From assembly GCA_030141605.1 (NCBI GenBank), contig JAQGDQ010000017.1, positions 682,001-746,000 on the forward strand: DNA of 64,000 bases, written 5' to 3'. Both the position numbers and the translations under genes were made by a program. Shown here piece by piece: positions 62,669 through 64,000 of this stretch (positions within the stretch are counted from its first letter, which is position 1; each line of letters opens with the position of its first letter). The DNA comes from Tubiluchus corallicola. Its lineage: Eukaryota; Animalia; Priapulida. The notes beneath the pieces were generated by a model. The model saw only the letters and a list, made by a program, of their open reading frames with translations, was not told where the DNA came from and searched no databases.

Positions 62669-64000
62669 AGTATATGTTTTTTCATTTTACAGTGCGAAAG
62701 TGTGAATAAATTATTGTGAAATTTATTATTTCATTAAGACATCTCAGTACTGATTTTATTTACCAAATTTGATTGCTTTAAAATTAGGCATTCAAGCGTC
62801 ATAATCAGGTGATGTCTATAATAGTGAATAGAAGCTCTTTTCTTGATGTATCTTTACAATCCTTTTAACGAACACTGAGCCTTTTCCATGTTTTGTGATA
62901 GCTTAAAACAATGTCTGAATGAAAAAAAACTGTATTTTCTGCCTAGCTGATAATATCTTTTGTAATTCATGAACACTGTAATCAAGAATGTGATGTAAAG
63001 TGATGACTCAATTTTAAACCTATTTTTGTTAGTGATTAACACTAAACGAATGTAATGAAGGCGATTAACATTTCCAGTCATTTGTTCCTTTTTCACCTAT
63101 TTGGAAGGGTGAATTTCTGAATGTCCCCAACTGTTACATTATGCTGCTGTAGATCAATGTGTTGTTGGCTTATGTAAAATCAATCCAATTTTGTTGTTAT
63201 GGTTTATGACTGTGTAATAAGCATTACATAACATTCATTTGCAATGATGTTGCAGTTATGATCGATATTGGTTATTGTGTTGTGAATTTATTTAATGAAT
63301 TTGATTCAGAAACAAATGGATTTTTTTAATTTGCTGTTTTTTACGTACAATGTGAACGTTGTTTTTCTTAGTTTTAAGTATTGTGAGTAAACCCAAGAAC
63401 TTGTAGTGGGTTAGCTATTGAGCACAAAGTGTAGAATGTTTTGAACTAAAGAATGAAGATCTTTCAATTCTTAAAGAAATGATCACAGAATTTAAATAAT
63501 TTTAAATTCTAGACGACAATTACAGTGAAGGGGAACTGAATTTTTTTGAATAGCAATTTATCAGAGTAGCATTTGACCATGTGGTTTTGTGACGTGAAAC
63601 TAATGTGAAAAGCGGAAGAGTAAAAATCTTTTTGCTGTTTTTTTCTCATTAGTCTCCGCTCACGTGACCACATTTTTCTACTTCCATCATTACCTCTTAA
63701 GCTCTCGGTGAAAGCTGAAGTGACGTTGTTTCATCAACTTTGGCAAATTAACATGAACTGGAATTTCCAAGTTAGTGGGCCAGGTTCTACTAATACCGAT
63801 TGCCTGTGGCTCATTTAGTTCGCATCAGTTATAAACAGTTGAGTGCAAAACCGTAAACAGTCATGAATGTGTGACTGTGCCGGTGGCAGATTGGGGCTAA
63901 GCTATTATAAATCGATCGAGCAATAGATATGGCTTCAGAACCAGTGAACTGGAACTTCGAGCCGGCTTCAGCCATTGAGATGTGATATGTTAGGCCAACC

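Noticed and set aside
63929-63985. ATG-initiated short ORF after a TATA-like motif at the window end
   Set aside because: Only 18 codons with no donor or homology; unsupported.

Overview
AT-rich animal (probably protostome invertebrate) genomic DNA with spliceosomal GT-AG introns; nearly all ORF-track entries are spurious or are exon fragments. Manual exon assembly gives three conserved genes: the 3' six exons of HSPA14 (+, 7717-19879; upstream exons not found in the window), a complete 18-coding-exon MOV10L1/armitage-type piRNA-pathway SF1 helicase (-, 43804-23609, ~1216 aa) and a complete 12-coding-exon ARIH2 (Ariadne-2 RBR E3 ligase; +, 47150-59676, ~484 aa), head-to-head with MOV10L1. The main discovery is an intact two-exon gene missing from the ORF track, nested antisense in an HSPA14 intron (16224-13443). 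It encodes a ~230 aa LRAT/NC-domain (permuted NlpC/P60) protein with His-His-Cys catalytic motifs that looks more like plant NC-domain proteins than animal PLAAT/LRAT. The first 3 kb hold a decayed ionotropic-receptor-like locus. Introns carry many non-autonomous DNA transposons (hAT-, Kolobok- and Tc1/pogo-like), CR1/L2 LINE remnants, SINE-like elements and minisatellites, including a LINE-associated duplication of an ARIH2 splice acceptor and partial exon.
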